Shown one piece after another: positions 1 through 13,031 of a stretch of 64,000 bases of DNA; position 1 is the first letter of the stretch; the number at the start of each line of letters is the position of its first letter. This DNA comes from Octopus sinensis (Eukaryota). The stretch is taken from assembly GCF_006345805.1 (NCBI RefSeq), contig NC_043012.1:57784001-57848000 (forward strand), written 5' to 3'. Made by a program: the position numbers and the translations under genes. The notes beneath the pieces are model-generated. The model had not been told where the DNA came from. It searched no databases and saw only the letters and a list, made by a program, of their open reading frames with translations.

Positions 1-22
1 AGTGGGACTGAACCCGGACCCA

Positions 23-66
<44 letters not shown>

Positions 67-70
<4 letters not shown>

Positions 71-344
71 ACGGTACCACAGAATCAACCAGATTATCGC
101 AGTTCACAATACACTTCGCATTGTTTAGCTTTTAAATGACGTCATATCACTAGCTAGGTGAGCAGGTCTATATATGCTTAGGATAAATAATAATGATAAT
201 ACATACATACATACATACATACATACATACATACATACATACATACATACATACACACATGTAGACTATATATTGGATCTGTTGTTGGTTCTTCCATATA
301 CATGTATACATATGCATCTATATATGCATCTCTCTCTCTCTCTC

Positions 345-390
<46 letters not shown>

Positions 391-845
391 CAAATACATA
401 CACCGGCGATTATAATTAATTTTATTGTATCGCATTATCTTTGTTTATATATATATAATATATATATATATATCTCACGGTACCACAGAATCAACCAGAT
501 TATCGCAGTTCACAATACACTTGCATGTTTAGCTTTTAAATGACGTCATATCACTAGCTAGGTGAGCAGGTCTATATATGCTTAGGATAAATAATAATGA
601 TAATACATACATACATACATACATACATACATACATACATACATACATACATACATACACACATGTAGACTATTATTGGATCTGTTTGTGGTTCTCCATA
701 TACATGTATACTATGCATCTATATATATGCATCTCCTCTCTCTCTCTCTGTATATATATATATATACTATATATATATATATATATATATGAGCAAATAA
801 ACACACCGGCGATTATAATTAATTTTCTTGTATCGCATTATCTTT

Positions 846-888
<43 letters not shown>

Positions 889-900
889 CAAATACATACA
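67..900. repeat. ~407-bp tandem duplication (2 copies plus a partial) with internal (TACA)n/(TA)n
   Basis: CTCACGGTACCACAGAATCAACC starts at ~67 and ~474; copies differ mainly by small indels. Confidence 0.85.
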
Positions 901-940
901 TATACGCGCGCGCACACACACATATATATACAATACATAT

Positions 941-989
<49 letters not shown>

Positions 990-1086
990 GTATATATATA
1001 TATGTGTATATGTGTATATATGTATGTGTATATATATATATATATATAAATACGTAAGTATGTGTATATATATATATATATATATG

Positions 1087-1123
<37 letters not shown>

Positions 1124-2026
1124 TGTAACGTAATGGTCTGCACTCCTTTGGACTACGTCAGTAAGGTCGAGAGAGGAATCCTGACGATTGGGCTACCCAG
1201 GATTTTTTTACATCTAGCTTCAGAATATATTATGGGGTTAATTTGTTCGACAAAACCCATTTGAAATGGTGCTCGTGTTCATCGCATTCCAATGCCTGAA
1301 TAACTAATGGTGTAAAAGAGCAAAAAATATTTCTTATTATAGTTTCAGTTTGACCAGGAGTTGTGTGAGTGAAATTATGTAGGCCCTGAAACATGCATGT
1401 AAGCCTGCCAGAATACAAATATATATGGAATAGCCAGCCACATAAAATTACGTAGTTCAGTTGAACGGTTCACTGCGACAAGCATTTTGAACTCCACTTA
1501 GGGACCTGTCGCTCTCTATATATATAAACCAATGTATTATTTATACCCTATCCATATGCATCTCAGATTTGCTAATGTGATCTCGTTACGGCAATGACAA
1601 GAATACGTGACGCTGACAAGTCACAGATTTTTTTAGCTTCACGTATGTCGCGAAGTACGTGTCTATCGCTCTCTCATTCGCTTCCTAACGATTTCGTTTC
1701 GCTTGGTTCTCAAGTATATTCTGTTTTCTTGACATGATACGTTTATAAAAGGATTTTGTCGGACAAAAAAAAACTGCAGCTTGTGGCTTTGCAACAAATA
1801 TATGCTATGTTATATACTCTTTTACTTGTTTCAGTCATTTGACTGCGGCCATGCTGGAGCACCACCTTTAGTCGAATAAATAAACCCCCTGACTTATTCT
1901 TTCTAAGCCTCGTACTTATTCTATCGGTCTCTTTTTGCAGAACCGCTAAGTGACGGGGACGTAAATGCACCAACATCGGTTATCAAGCGATGGTGGGAGG
2001 ACAAACACAGACACAAACAACACATA

Positions 2027-2061
<35 letters not shown>

Positions 2062-2068
<7 letters not shown>

Positions 2069-2691
2069 TTAGGTGATGGGTAGCAATTTTCTTCACTTCT
2101 TCAGGGAAAGACGACCCTACCTGTCACGAGTCCCGGGCTCAGCTGGCTCCGGCTGACAGTACCCCCCCCCCCCGTATGGGCCCCTTACAGAAAGGAGACA
2201 ACCGTCAACGAAATCCGGAGTGGAGTCCTGTTAGGCGGAGCTGGCAGAATCGTTAGCACACCGGGCGAAATGCTCAGCGGTATTTCGCCTGTCGTTACGT
2301 TCTGAGTTCAAATTCCGCCGAGGTCGACTTTGCTTTTCATCCTTTCGGGATCGATAGATTAAGTACCAGTTACACACTGGGGTCGATGTAATCGACTTAA
2401 TACCTATGTCTGTGTTTAGCCCCTTGTGGGTAATAAAGAAATAGGTATAGTGTTTGACTCGACACTTCCGGCAGCTCCTGCAACCAAGCTGGTGCCAAAC
2501 GTAATGCTCTGCAATCCTTCGGACTACGTCAGCAAGGTCTAGAGAGGAATCCTGACGATTGGGCTACCCAGGATTTTCTTATATCTAGCCCAGCCCTGCG
2601 CAAGACTGGTGAGGAGACTGGAGAGGATATGAAGTGTAAAAACCAGACTGGATTAGTTTATGCGCAACTCCCGAGACAAAAGGATGCCAAC

Positions 2692-2705
<14 letters not shown>
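2062..2705 (+). mobile_element. Probable LINE-derived (RTE-like) non-autonomous repeat ending in (CAA)n
   Basis: GC-richer block ending GGATGCCAACAACAAC; partial second copy at 1122-1220; interrupted by SINE B at 2233-2448. Confidence 0.5.
2233..2448 (+). mobile_element. SINE family B
   Basis: GGCGG(T)GAGCTGGCAGAATCGTTAGC head, GTTCAAATTCC B-box, GTCGACTTTGCCTTTCATCC body; recurs >15 times in the window. Confidence 0.85.
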
Positions 2706-2754
<49 letters not shown>

Positions 2755-3125
2755 GATGGGCTTCTTTCAGTTTCCGTCTACCAAATCCACTCACAAGGCT
2801 TTGGTCGACCCGAGGCTAAAGTAGCAAACATTTGCCCAAGGTGCCACGCGGTGGGACTGAACCCGCAACCATGTGGTTGGGAAGCAAGCTTGAGTTATTT
2901 CTATTGTGCCGTTCGGTCATTGTTTCTCAATAGCCAGCCAGTGTATAGATTATAGACTATTTCTAATCATTTCTGTCTGGCTGATTCGATCTCTTGTCAG
3001 AAGTGGTACGAGTACGTGACACTGACTGGTTGCAACTCAGCGAAATACGTATCTGCTGCTCTTACGGTCGAGTACGGGATGACTTCGTTTCGACCAGGTC
3101 TGAAGTATACAGTTTCTTAATGTAT

Positions 3126-3742
3126 AGGCGGTGAGCTGGCAGAAATTTTAGCACGCCGGGCAAGGTGCTTAGCGGTATTTCGTCTGCCGTTACGTTCTGA
3201 GTTCATATTCCGCCGAGGTCGACTTTGCCTTTCATCCTTTCGGGGTCGATTAAATAAGTACCTGTTACGCACTGGGGTCGATGTAATCAGCTTAATCCAT
3301 TTGTCTGTCCTTGTTTGTCCCCTCTATGTTTAGCCCCTTGTGGGCAATAAAGAATTACGAAACGTCAGCACTCCGGCCGAAATGCTTAGCGGTGTTTCGT
3401 CTGTCTTTACGTTCTGAGTTCAAATTCCGCCTAGGTCGACTTTTTGCCTTTCATCCTTTCGGGATCGATAAGTTAAGTACCTGTTACGCACTTGGGTCGA
3501 TGTAATCGACTCAATCCCTTTGTATGTCCTTGTTTGTCCACTCTACCTTGTGGGTAGTAAAGAAATAGTTATTTCGTTTGCCGTTACGTTCTGAGTTCAA
3601 ATTCCGCCGTGGTCGACTTTTTGCCTTTCATCCTTTCGAGGTCAATAAATTAAGTACCAGTTGCATACTGGAGTTAATTTAATCGACTGGCCCCCTCCCC
3701 CAAAATTCCAAGCTTTGTACCTAGAGTAGAAAAGGTTATATT
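3126..3742 (+). mobile_element. SINE family B, head-to-tail trimer
   Basis: Three consecutive TTCTGAGTTCA(A/T)ATTCCGCC units at ~3195, ~3412 and ~3590. Confidence 0.8.
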
Positions 3743-3955
3743 ACGTCTATAACAAGATGTTTCCCGGATGGAAAACTAACTGCTTCTTCTCGCTTTGCAA
3801 AGACACGCATATATTAAATGCATTTCATACACACACACACACAAACACACACAGACACACGCGTGCGCGCACGCACACACACATTCAGCCAATAGACTTA
3901 GTCACCTGTTATTGATTAATACTTTTAGTCATACATTTGAAAACCATAACCATAC

Positions 3956-3971
3956 CTGATATAAATGGTTC
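3956..3971 (-). CDS. Candidate 16-nt microexon
   Basis: Minus strand: ttcattcttacag|GAACCATTTATATCAG|gtatgg. Splice signals only. Confidence 0.2.
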
Positions 3972-4681
3972 CTGTAAGAATGAATATTTAACAATGCATA
4001 CAAGTATATACCAGGTATTTTCATTTTAAAGAAAATGTATCTGTTTAGATGTTGTTTTCGTAAAGAAAAGCAACGGGGGAAAAAAAAACACAAGCAAATA
4101 TTTTAGATTATCACTACTTAAATTGTTGTTTTCTCATTAACAAACATTTACGACATCCATAATAATTCGTAGTTGAATTCATAGATATTAAAGCATCAAA
4201 AGGAATTTCAAATAACATAAAAATATCTTAATTGCCAGTTACAACTACTAAATAGACACGTAAACAGTAACTGGTAATCAAAATTGCAGAATATGAACAC
4301 TAACCGAAAATGAAGAATAGAATAAATAAATTAATAAATAAAATTAATATTCTTCAGGTTTTGGATTCTCTGTCATTGAAACAAACCTAAAAATTCCATA
4401 TTAATTTACACAGTTATTTGTTCGTTATTAAGAGGAATAATAAACCTAATTAAGTTTGTCTCTGTATTTGATTTCTATTTTATTAATAAAGTACTTAGGG
4501 AAATTGTTATATTCACAAACAAAACAAAACAAAAAAATAAAAATACCGAAAGTAATAATATAAAAATCTCTTAAGTTGATTTAAAAAAAAAAGATAAAAA
4601 GCAAAAATGAAAATGAAATGAAAAAGAATTATATAATGAACAAAAGAAAAAGAAAAAGAAAAAAAAAGAAAACAATTCAAT

Positions 4682-4735
4682 TCAAAGGAATCTTTTGTGC
4701 AGAAGCCGTTCCGCTGCAATATCTACCACAGCATG
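4682..4735 (-). CDS. Candidate exon HAVVDIAAERLLHKRFL*
   Basis: Strong acceptor atattttctactattttctacag; runs into a stop with no clear donor. Confidence 0.25.
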   Translation of the reverse strand, partial: HAVVDIAAERLLHKRFL

Positions 4736-4883
4736 CTGTAGAAAATAGTAGAAAATATATTGATTTTCATTTGATTTCTGATATATTTGCCGACAATTGC
4801 CAACCACTTTTCGTCGTTAGTCAAGGAGTTTTATTGATTGAAATTATTATTGCTTTACTGCGTGGAGGGAAGGAGGGAGGGAG

Positions 4884-4932
<49 letters not shown>

Positions 4933-4941
4933 GATGTGTAT

Positions 4942-4983
<42 letters not shown>

Positions 4984-5207
4984 AGGAGGGGGAGAGTGTG
5001 AGAGAGGAGGCTTGCATTAATCTGACTGTCAAAAGACAGAAAAGATGAAGATTGAGACGCCAAAACGAAAGATGACGGGAGTCTTTGTGCAGCATCTTCA
5101 TAATGGGAGAAATAAGTAAAAATAAACTACCGTTTTGGAATTATTGGTGTGCATGTATACACGCACACATACACACACACACACACGTGCTTGTATATAT
5201 ATAATAT

Positions 5208-5260
<53 letters not shown>

Positions 5261-5334
5261 GCACATAAATGTATATATGTACATATATATGTATATATAT
5301 TTTTGCATGCAAATATATATATATATATATATGT

Positions 5335-5730
5335 GTGGCTGTGTGGTAAGTAGCTTGCTAATCAACCACATGGTTCCGGGTTCAGTCCCACTGCGTGGCA
5401 TCTTGGGCAAGTGTCTTCTGCTATAGCCCCGGGCCGACCAATGCCTTGTGAGTGGATTTGGTAGACGGAAACTGAAAGAAACCTGTCGTATATATATATG
5501 TATTTATGTGTGTGTATGTGTTTGTGTACCTGTGTTTGTCCCCCTAGCATTGCTTGACAACCGATGCTGGTCTGTTTACGGCCCCGTCACTTAGCGGTTC
5601 GGCAAAAGAGACCGATAGAATAAGTACTGGGCTTACAAAGAATAAGTCCCGGGGTTGCTTTGCTCGACTAAAAGGCGGTGCTCCAGCATGGCCGCAGTCA
5701 ACTGACTGAAACAAGTTAAAGAGTAAAAGA

Positions 5731-5731
<1 letters not shown>
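5335..5731 (+). mobile_element. SINE family A, near full length
   Basis: GTGGCTGTGTGGTAAG head, GGTTCAGTCCC B-box, CTTGGGCAAGTGTCTTC core, internal (TA)/(TG) tract, tail ending AGTAAAAGAG. Confidence 0.9.
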
Positions 5732-5782
<51 letters not shown>

Positions 5783-5785
<3 letters not shown>

Positions 5786-6004
5786 AGAGTGATGCTGGAA
5801 AGTTTCTGGGTTTCGGGTGAAATAAAATAGAGGGGTTTCATTTCATTATGATTTTATGCAGGATATAATCCTCTCAGATTCACACACTTATTGCGGTGCT
5901 GCTTCACTTTTTCTAAGGCTTGTAAAAGAACTCGGAAAGATTGGGACTCCAGCGAGGACTTTTGCGACACCCTTAAAACCAGGATGTTTCTGCACCCTCA
6001 TGTA
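5783..6004 (+). mobile_element. Mariner-type MITE, decayed copy
   Basis: Homologous to 29831-30049; degenerate TIRs; embedded in (TA)n. Confidence 0.6.
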
Positions 6005-6030
6005 TATATATATAATATATATATATATAT

Positions 6031-6062
<32 letters not shown>

Positions 6063-6203
6063 ATATATTATCAGACCCGTTGCATGTTTTTTTTCATTCT
6101 GAAATACTGTAAATCTGTGTTTTTCTTTTGACGAAATGGTGGTTTTAAGAGGATTTGGCTGCTATTTAGAGTAACTCAAGTAACCACAAAGACACTTTGT
6201 GTT

Positions 6204-6245
<42 letters not shown>

Positions 6246-6589
6246 TGCGAGTGTAAGTGTGTGTGAACATTTTCAGTCGTCAGCGTGCGCCGCAAAAAAT
6301 AGGCTACGAAGAATACTCCATAATATTATATGTATATATACTCTTTATTTAAACTGAATATCTATTTATTAAACTCCTCGGCACAAATTTCCAAATTATC
6401 ATAGAAGGCTTAGTAATTAACTGAACATTCTGGCTGCCATGATAAATTGTAGAAGCGACATCTATTGTCATATCTCATACTCATGCACCGGCCTTTTCAT
6501 ATACATGATAGCCATCATTCCTCAAAGAGGCGACTCATCGGCGTTCCGTTATGTTGTAGAAATCCACCTATTTTTCATAATGATAATAA

Positions 6590-6837
6590 TAAATGCTCCC
6601 TTTTAAAGCCTAGTCAGGCTCATGGGCCCGGTTTTCCGGTTTCTATGGCGTATGTGTTCCCAGCTGAACGGGACACCAGTCCATCGAAGCGTTACTCATT
6701 TTTGCCAGCTGAGTGGACTTGAGCAACGTGAAATGAAGTGTTTTACTCAAGAACACAACGCATCGCCCGGTCCAGGAATCAAAACCACAATCTTACGATC
6801 ATGATGCTGACACCCTATCCACTAAGCCACGCACCTC
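6590..6837 (-). mobile_element. SINE family C-related (tRNA head)
   Basis: Reverse strand reads GAGGTGCGTGGCTTAGTGGATAGGGTG...GGTTTTGATTCCTGGACCGGG; similar to 7968-8190. Confidence 0.7.
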
Positions 6838-7046
6838 TACTCCTATTTTTCATAATGAAAGTGAAATCAGGCATAGTGATTTCTAGGGGTTGAAACTTAT
6901 GTCATTCGTTTCGAGATAAAAAGAATTACGCTTCAAGTATTTAATTCTGTGTAGTGGCGTTTCCTGCACTAACGGAGGACATGCACGATCCATCCATCCA
7001 TCCATCCATCCATCCATCCATCCATCCATCCACACACACGCACACA

Positions 7047-7195
7047 TTGCTTTCCAAGCACATGGTACCGTGTTCAGTCCTACTGCGGGGCACCTTGGGC
7101 AAGTGTAGCTTCGGGCCGACTAAAGCCTTGTGAGTAGATTCGGTTGACGGAAACTGAAATATTCCCGTAGTGTGTGTGTGTGTGTGTATTTATAT

Positions 7196-7258
<63 letters not shown>

Positions 7259-7488
7259 ATATATATATATATATCTGTGTATGTGTCTTTGTGTATGTGT
7301 TTGCCTTCCCATCATCGCTTGACAACCGGCGCTGGTATGTTTACGACTTCGTTGCTCAGGAAAGAGACCAATACATGCTAGGCTTAAAAAGTCCTGGGGT
7401 CGATTGTTAAAAAAAAAATCAAAGCACTTCAAGGCGGTGCTCTAGTATGGCCGAAGTCAAATGACCGAAACAAATAAAAGAATAAAAT
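7047..7488 (+). mobile_element. SINE family A
   Basis: GCGGGGCACCTTGGGCAAGTG core, internal (TG)/(TA) tract, standard tail. Confidence 0.8.
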
Positions 7489-7490
7489 AC

Positions 7491-7524
<34 letters not shown>

Positions 7525-7534
7525 ATGTATGTAT

Positions 7535-7567
<33 letters not shown>

Positions 7568-7967
7568 TACATCTATATACATAATGCCTAGATACATACT
7601 TTATATAATCATCATATACATGTAATGCATGCGTGTTTATATATACGTGTTTACATACGAACATAGATACACACGCACACTGACTCCCCCATGTATATAT
7701 ATATATGCAAATAGCCGGACATATATAGTTGTGAGGAGAAAGAGGCACCCTCACATCCCCTCCGTCTGCTGTAAATTCACCCTTCACCAAGCAGAACATT
7801 TAGGGTGTGGTTGTTGAAGAAAGGGGGGCTGCGCTGCCATGTAGTTGGTACTCAGTTATGCCTGAATATTCTAGAGAAACGTTAAGTGAAGTGCTTTGCT
7901 CGAAGTAGTGTCGTCCAAGCAATTGAACACCCCACACTCTGATCGTGAGCTGACTACCTCTAACCAC

Positions 7968-8190
7968 GTGGAGGCGCGTGGTTTAGTGGTTAGGGTGTTG
8001 GACTCGTGATTGTAAGAATGTGGTTTCGATTCCAGGACCGGGTGACGCGTTGTGTTGTTGGGCAAAACACTTCATGCTCCAGTCTACTCAGCTGGCAAAA
8101 ATCCTGCGACGGACCGGAGTCCCATCCAGGTAGGGAATATATACGCCATGGAAACCTGGAAACCAGCCCTTATTTGTGGACATGACTCAA
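7968..8190 (+). mobile_element. SINE family C-related
   Basis: GTGGAGGCGCGTGGTTTAGTGGTTAGGG A-box, GGTTTCGATTCC B-box. Confidence 0.7.
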
Positions 8191-8331
8191 TGAGGGAACT
8201 TTCATTTTTTCTTCCTCCTAACAATAAAGCCAAATATTTTCACGCTTTCACACAAATAACAAATAGCAAATCCGATTTGAATATATATTTTCCACTTTAG
8301 TATGTTCCTGTTAAAAAAATGATACACCTAC

Positions 8332-8400
8332 CCTCGTTTATCACGGAAGGTTTGGTTCAAAACATTCTCAATCGTTTTAAATAAATCAGTAATAAATACA
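8332..8400 (-). CDS. Candidate exon VFITDLFKTIENVLNQTFRDKR (phase 2-2)
   Basis: catatgttttatag|69 nt open frame|gtaggt. Confidence 0.5.
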
Positions 8401-8461
8401 CTATAAAACATATGTGGAAAACAGTTTTCATTCCGAGACCTGAAGTTGTCCTGAACATTGC

Positions 8462-8788
8462 AGATCAAGGTTCTCAACCATTTTGTTTTAGTTATGGACC
8501 CCTTTGCTTATTATTTTATTTGGGTTGACTCTCATAGCCATTCGATGTTTAAAACTAATTTTATAGCTACTTCATTCAAAATTCCTATTCTGTTATTCAC
8601 TCATACACTTGTATAAGCTCAGCTGTGTAAAATGTTTGAGAGAGAAACCTAGCTGTTGCTTCTTGCAGTAAATACATTCGAATAAAAACTTTTCAGGGGC
8701 CCTTAAAATACTACTGTGGATCCCCAATTTACCTAAAAACCATATATGGATCCCCAAGGGTCATATAGACTCTGGTCGAGAACCACTG
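8462..8788. mobile_element. hAT-type MITE
   Basis: Ends GGTTCTCAACC ... GGTCGAGAACCACTG, resembling Charlie/hAT TIRs. Confidence 0.65.
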
Positions 8789-11129
8789 TTGTTGGGGATC
8801 GCCGGAGTGCGCTTTTGTGGTCCAAGTGGAATCGTTGATCACCGACCCGTGATATCACAGATCAATTTGTAATAAGCGTAACGTGGTTCGCTATCAGCGT
8901 ACAATATTATCACGGATTAGTGATAAATATGCATCCTTGATAAATGAGGATAGTTGTACACGTATGTGATATTTATCGTACTTCAATAATATCACCTTAA
9001 TTTTAAATATTACATCGGGAATCGTTCGTCGAGTTAATAGATTTTGGTCAGTAGGATATATTCGCCGTAATGAGGAGTCCGTTAAATTTATCCTATTTTA
9101 TCGTATTTTATGCTATTTTATCTTCTCTTAGTTAATCTTTAATAGGAGATCGATAATACAGCTGAGACGCTGCCAATTTCTCAACTACGTTTGGATAAAC
9201 GCCAGCTTTCAGGATCTACACCCACTTCACAAGGTATCCTGAGGGCATATGTACTTCAGTAAGCACACAAAACTTGAAAGAGAGAGAGAGAGGGAGAGAG
9301 AGAAAGGGATGCATTTCTGTATATTAACTTGAATATCAATAGATGGAAAATGCAACGTGAATGCATGGCATATCTGTTGTGGCAAATTCAAATGGATACG
9401 TTCTGAGTGACTTTCGTTAAAATCAAATACTTGGCTTGCATTACTCATTGTCTTTGCTTCGAAATGGTCAAGATGTCCGCACTCTTAAATAAAGGTCGGT
9501 CGATCTCACGCCATCTTAAATTTCTATCAAAACGCGAAAAATTGAAATACGAAACAAAGTGCATCGGTAGGACTTCATACGAAGGAACTTCCATGTGGTT
9601 TACTTGACATGCTAGAAACAGCAGCGAAATTTCTCTAACGTGGAACACTTGCTTTTTAAAATATCTTTTATCATATATCTTTTGTGTTTTACTTGTTTGG
9701 GTCCTTGCGATGCGACCATGCTGGGGCCGCGTCTTGAAGGGTTTCAGCGAATTGACCCCAGTACTTATTTTTAAAGCACGGATCTTATTCTATCGATTTC
9801 TTTATCCAAACCGCTAAGCTACGGAGACATACACAAACCAGTACCAGTTGTGAAATGTTGGCCGAGGGCAAAGTGAAACGCAAAATAACACATCCACGTA
9901 CGCACTCAATATTTCACTCCCCCACCCACTCTCCCCCTTTCTCCTTCTGTCTTTCTCCCACCATCTCTGCCTCTCCCTCACTCTCTCTTTCTGTCTCTCT
10001 AACATAGAGACAAATTCACTCGTAAGATTTCGGTCGGTCGGAAGCTATAGGCGAAGAAACTTGCCCAAAGTGCCAGAGAGTGGGACTGAACCGGTAATCA
10101 TTGGTTGGGAAGCCCACTTCTTACAACACAGCCACATCTGCGCCGTGTTGAAGATACTCTTGAAAATGATAGGATGGTCACGGTTGTAACCTTACTAACA
10201 TATTTCTGATGGATCAGGGATGTAAATACTAATGATAATTAGAATGATATGAACTGTAAAGTTAATCAATACGATACACACGCCAATAAGAGACAGGGCT
10301 TACGCAGTCGCTTGAATTGCAAGAAATAGCATCCAAATCTGCCTCAAATTACATCTCCGTCACTTAAAAAAAGAAAGAAAGACGCGTGCACATGGCCGTT
10401 CGACGTGCTAGAAATATCAGCCTAATTCTACTCAAATCACGGTCTGGAGTATTAATAAAAGGTTTCGTAAGTTAATGTGATTATGGCTCACTGCACATAG
10501 GAAGAAGACGAAATAGTGGCGGTTAGAATGCTCTTATTCATGAGTCGGATCGACCAGGATTGGAAAAAAGCTAAAAACCTAACTCCACTATCATTAGTTA
10601 ATTGTATCAATAATAATTATTTTGGAATTTTCTTTTCTTGCATACGTTGGTATGTTCGATTACTGATATGGTTGCAGAAGGTTTCATAAGCCTTGTTTGT
10701 AAGCATACAACAGATTTTAAAATAAGTCATAATTACTTGCATGTCTTAGACTTTGTCGTAAGTACTTGTAGTAAGAATATCAGGATACAGACATTTGGTT
10801 TGTATATTCCTAAACAGCGCTGTCCTTTTTTTTTTTTTGCTTAAGGCTGTTTGTTACAGTGGAAATAAAAAACTTGCCTTTAGTGTCGAAATCGCGTTGA
10901 TATCCGTTTGGAAGCAGATGAAGGAAATATCTGCTATTTGTGTGTTAATTTGGATCCCTCCTGTCAGTATGGCTCTTCTTGTTGTTACTTAACTGAGATT
11001 ATTCACATTCTCATTTCCGTCTCTAGACAGAGTTAGTTATGAAGTTAAATATATAATTTAATTCTTACAGTTTGGAAATGGTTTTAGATTAACGGAGCCA
11101 GATTGCCGTCATAAATTGAATATATATAT

Positions 11130-11188
<59 letters not shown>

Positions 11189-11369
11189 AAAGGGCTTAGT
11201 AAAATAAATTACTTTGCCGCATACTGAACTCATTAGAAATAGCAGCTAAAAAAAACTTTTTTAAAGCTATTCTAATACTTAAGAAAACCTCTCTCATATA
11301 GTGTTTGCTCAATTCAACTCACGAAAGTATGGGGGTAGAGACATTAAAAAATCAAATGCAAAGGTTATT

Positions 11370-11422
11370 TGAGAACGTACGTTTCAAGATTAGTCAAACT
11401 CGACATTTCTATCATCAGCTCA
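11370..11422 (-). ncRNA. Type I hammerhead ribozyme, canonical core
   Basis: UGAG-CUGAUGA-U AGA AAU GUC GAGUUU GAC UAA UCU U-GAAAC GUAC GUU/CUCA. Confidence 0.85.
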
Positions 11423-11927
11423 GAACTCCCTGGTTTGGATTTGAAAACACTGAAAGTGGGAGCATACCCTTTCGGCTTCTTATCGCTTCTGAAGATCTGC
11501 TCGAAACTAACAGTGCCCGCAAACTCAAAAATGCAAGCGAAGAATTTCTGCTCTCCCCTTTCCACCAGCGTGGGTTAAAATCAGTAAACACTATGCTTTT
11601 TTCGGTAAAATCCGAGGCATTATATAGAGAGAGATGAATTATAATTTCAACAATTGAGGGTAAAATTAATTAATTAATCAATTTCACCAAGTATTCAGTA
11701 TGCAAAGGGACCAATTAAGGCGAATTCAAATTATTACATTATATAAAAGGGCTTAGTAAAATAAATTACTTTGCCGCATACTGAACTCATTAGAAATAGC
11801 AGCTAAAAAAAACTTTTTTAAAGCTATTTCTAATACTTAAAGAAAACCTCTCTCATATAGTGTTTGCTCAATTCAACTCACGAAAGTATGGGGGTAGAGA
11901 CATTAAAAAATCAAATGCAAAGTTATT

Positions 11928-11980
11928 TGAGAACGTACGTTTCAAGATTAGTCAAACTCGACATTTCTATCATCAGCTCA
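11928..11980 (-). ncRNA. Type I hammerhead ribozyme, canonical core
   Basis: Same sequence as 11370-11422. Confidence 0.85.
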
Positions 11981-12978
11981 GAACTCCCTGGTTTGGATTT
12001 GAAAACACTGAAAGTGGGAGCATACCCATTCGGCTTCTTATCGCTTCTGAAGATCTGCTCGAAACTAACAGTGCCCGCAAACTAAAAAATGCAAGCGAAG
12101 AATTTCTGCTCTCCCCTTTCCACCAGCGTGGGTTAAAATCAGTAAACACTATGCTTTTTTCGGTAAAATCCGAGGCATTATATAGAGAGATGAATTATAA
12201 TTTCAACAATTGAGGGTAAAATTAATTAATTAATCAATTTCACCAAGTATTCAGTATGCAAAGGGACCAATTAAGGCGAATTCAAATTATTACATTATAT
12301 AAAAGGGCTTAGTAAAATAAATTACTTTGCCGCATACTGAACTCATTAGAAATAGCAGCTAAAAAAAACTTTTTTAAAGCTATTTCTAATACTTAAAGAA
12401 AACCTCTCTCATATAGTGTTTGCTCAATTCAACTCACGAAAGTCGAGCTTGACTAATCTTGAAACGTACGTTCTCAAATAACCTTTGCATTTGATTTTTT
12501 AATGTCTCTACCCCCATACTTTCGTGAGTTGAATTGAGCAACACTATATGAGAGAGGTTTTCTTTAAGTATTAGAAATAGCTTTAAAAAAGTTTTTTTAG
12601 CTGCTATTTCTAATGAGTTCAGTATGCGGCAAAGTAATTTATTTTACTAAGCCCTTTTATATAATGTAATAATTTGAATTCGCCTTAATTGGTCCCTTTG
12701 CATACTGAATACTTGGTGAAATTGATTAATTAATTAATTTTACCCTCAATTGTTGAAATTATAATTCATCTCTCTCTATATAATGCCTCGGATTTTACCG
12801 AAAAAAGCATAGTGTTTACTGATTTTAACCCACGCTGGTGGAAAGGGGAGAGCAGAAATTCTTCGCTTGCATTTTTGAGTTTGCGGGCACTGTTAGTTTC
12901 GAGCAGATCTTCAGAAGCGATAAGAAGCCGAAAGGTATGCTCCCACTTTCAGTGTTTTCAAATCCAAACCAGGAGTTC

Positions 12979-13031
12979 TGAGCTGATGATAGAAATGTCG
13001 AGTTTGACTAATCTTGAAACGTACGTTCTCA
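12979..13031 (+). ncRNA. Type I hammerhead ribozyme, canonical core
   Basis: TGAGCTGATGATAGAAATGTCGAGTTTGACTAATCTTGAAACGTACGTTCTCA read directly on +. Confidence 0.85.

Larger units (their letters stand above)
1812..2890 (-). mobile_element. SINE family A (tRNA head, internal microsatellite), split by a nested insertion
   Basis: 3' half at 1812-2020 and 5' half at 2752-2890 match intact family A copies (e.g. 5335-5731) in reverse. Confidence 0.8.

Noticed and set aside
2066-2230. HDV-like ribozyme at the 5' end of the RTE-like repeat
   Set aside because: Could not assemble the P1/P2/P3/P1.1 double pseudoknot by eye.
5141-5550. Recurrent ORFs such as [14 protein letters not shown] and MPKMPRSGTEPGTMW
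   Set aside because: Antisense translations of SINE A, repeated at every copy.
9146-9230. Plus-strand exon EIDNTAETLPISQLRLDK...
   Set aside because: Weak donor and no consistent plus-strand partner exons.
11486-11515. Plus-strand CTGAAGA-TCTGCTC-GAAAC hammerhead-like spacing
   Set aside because: No pairable stem II, stem III or stem I.
11305-12213. 110-117 aa ORFs in the 557-bp repeat
   Set aside because: No recognisable domain; frames shift between near-identical units.
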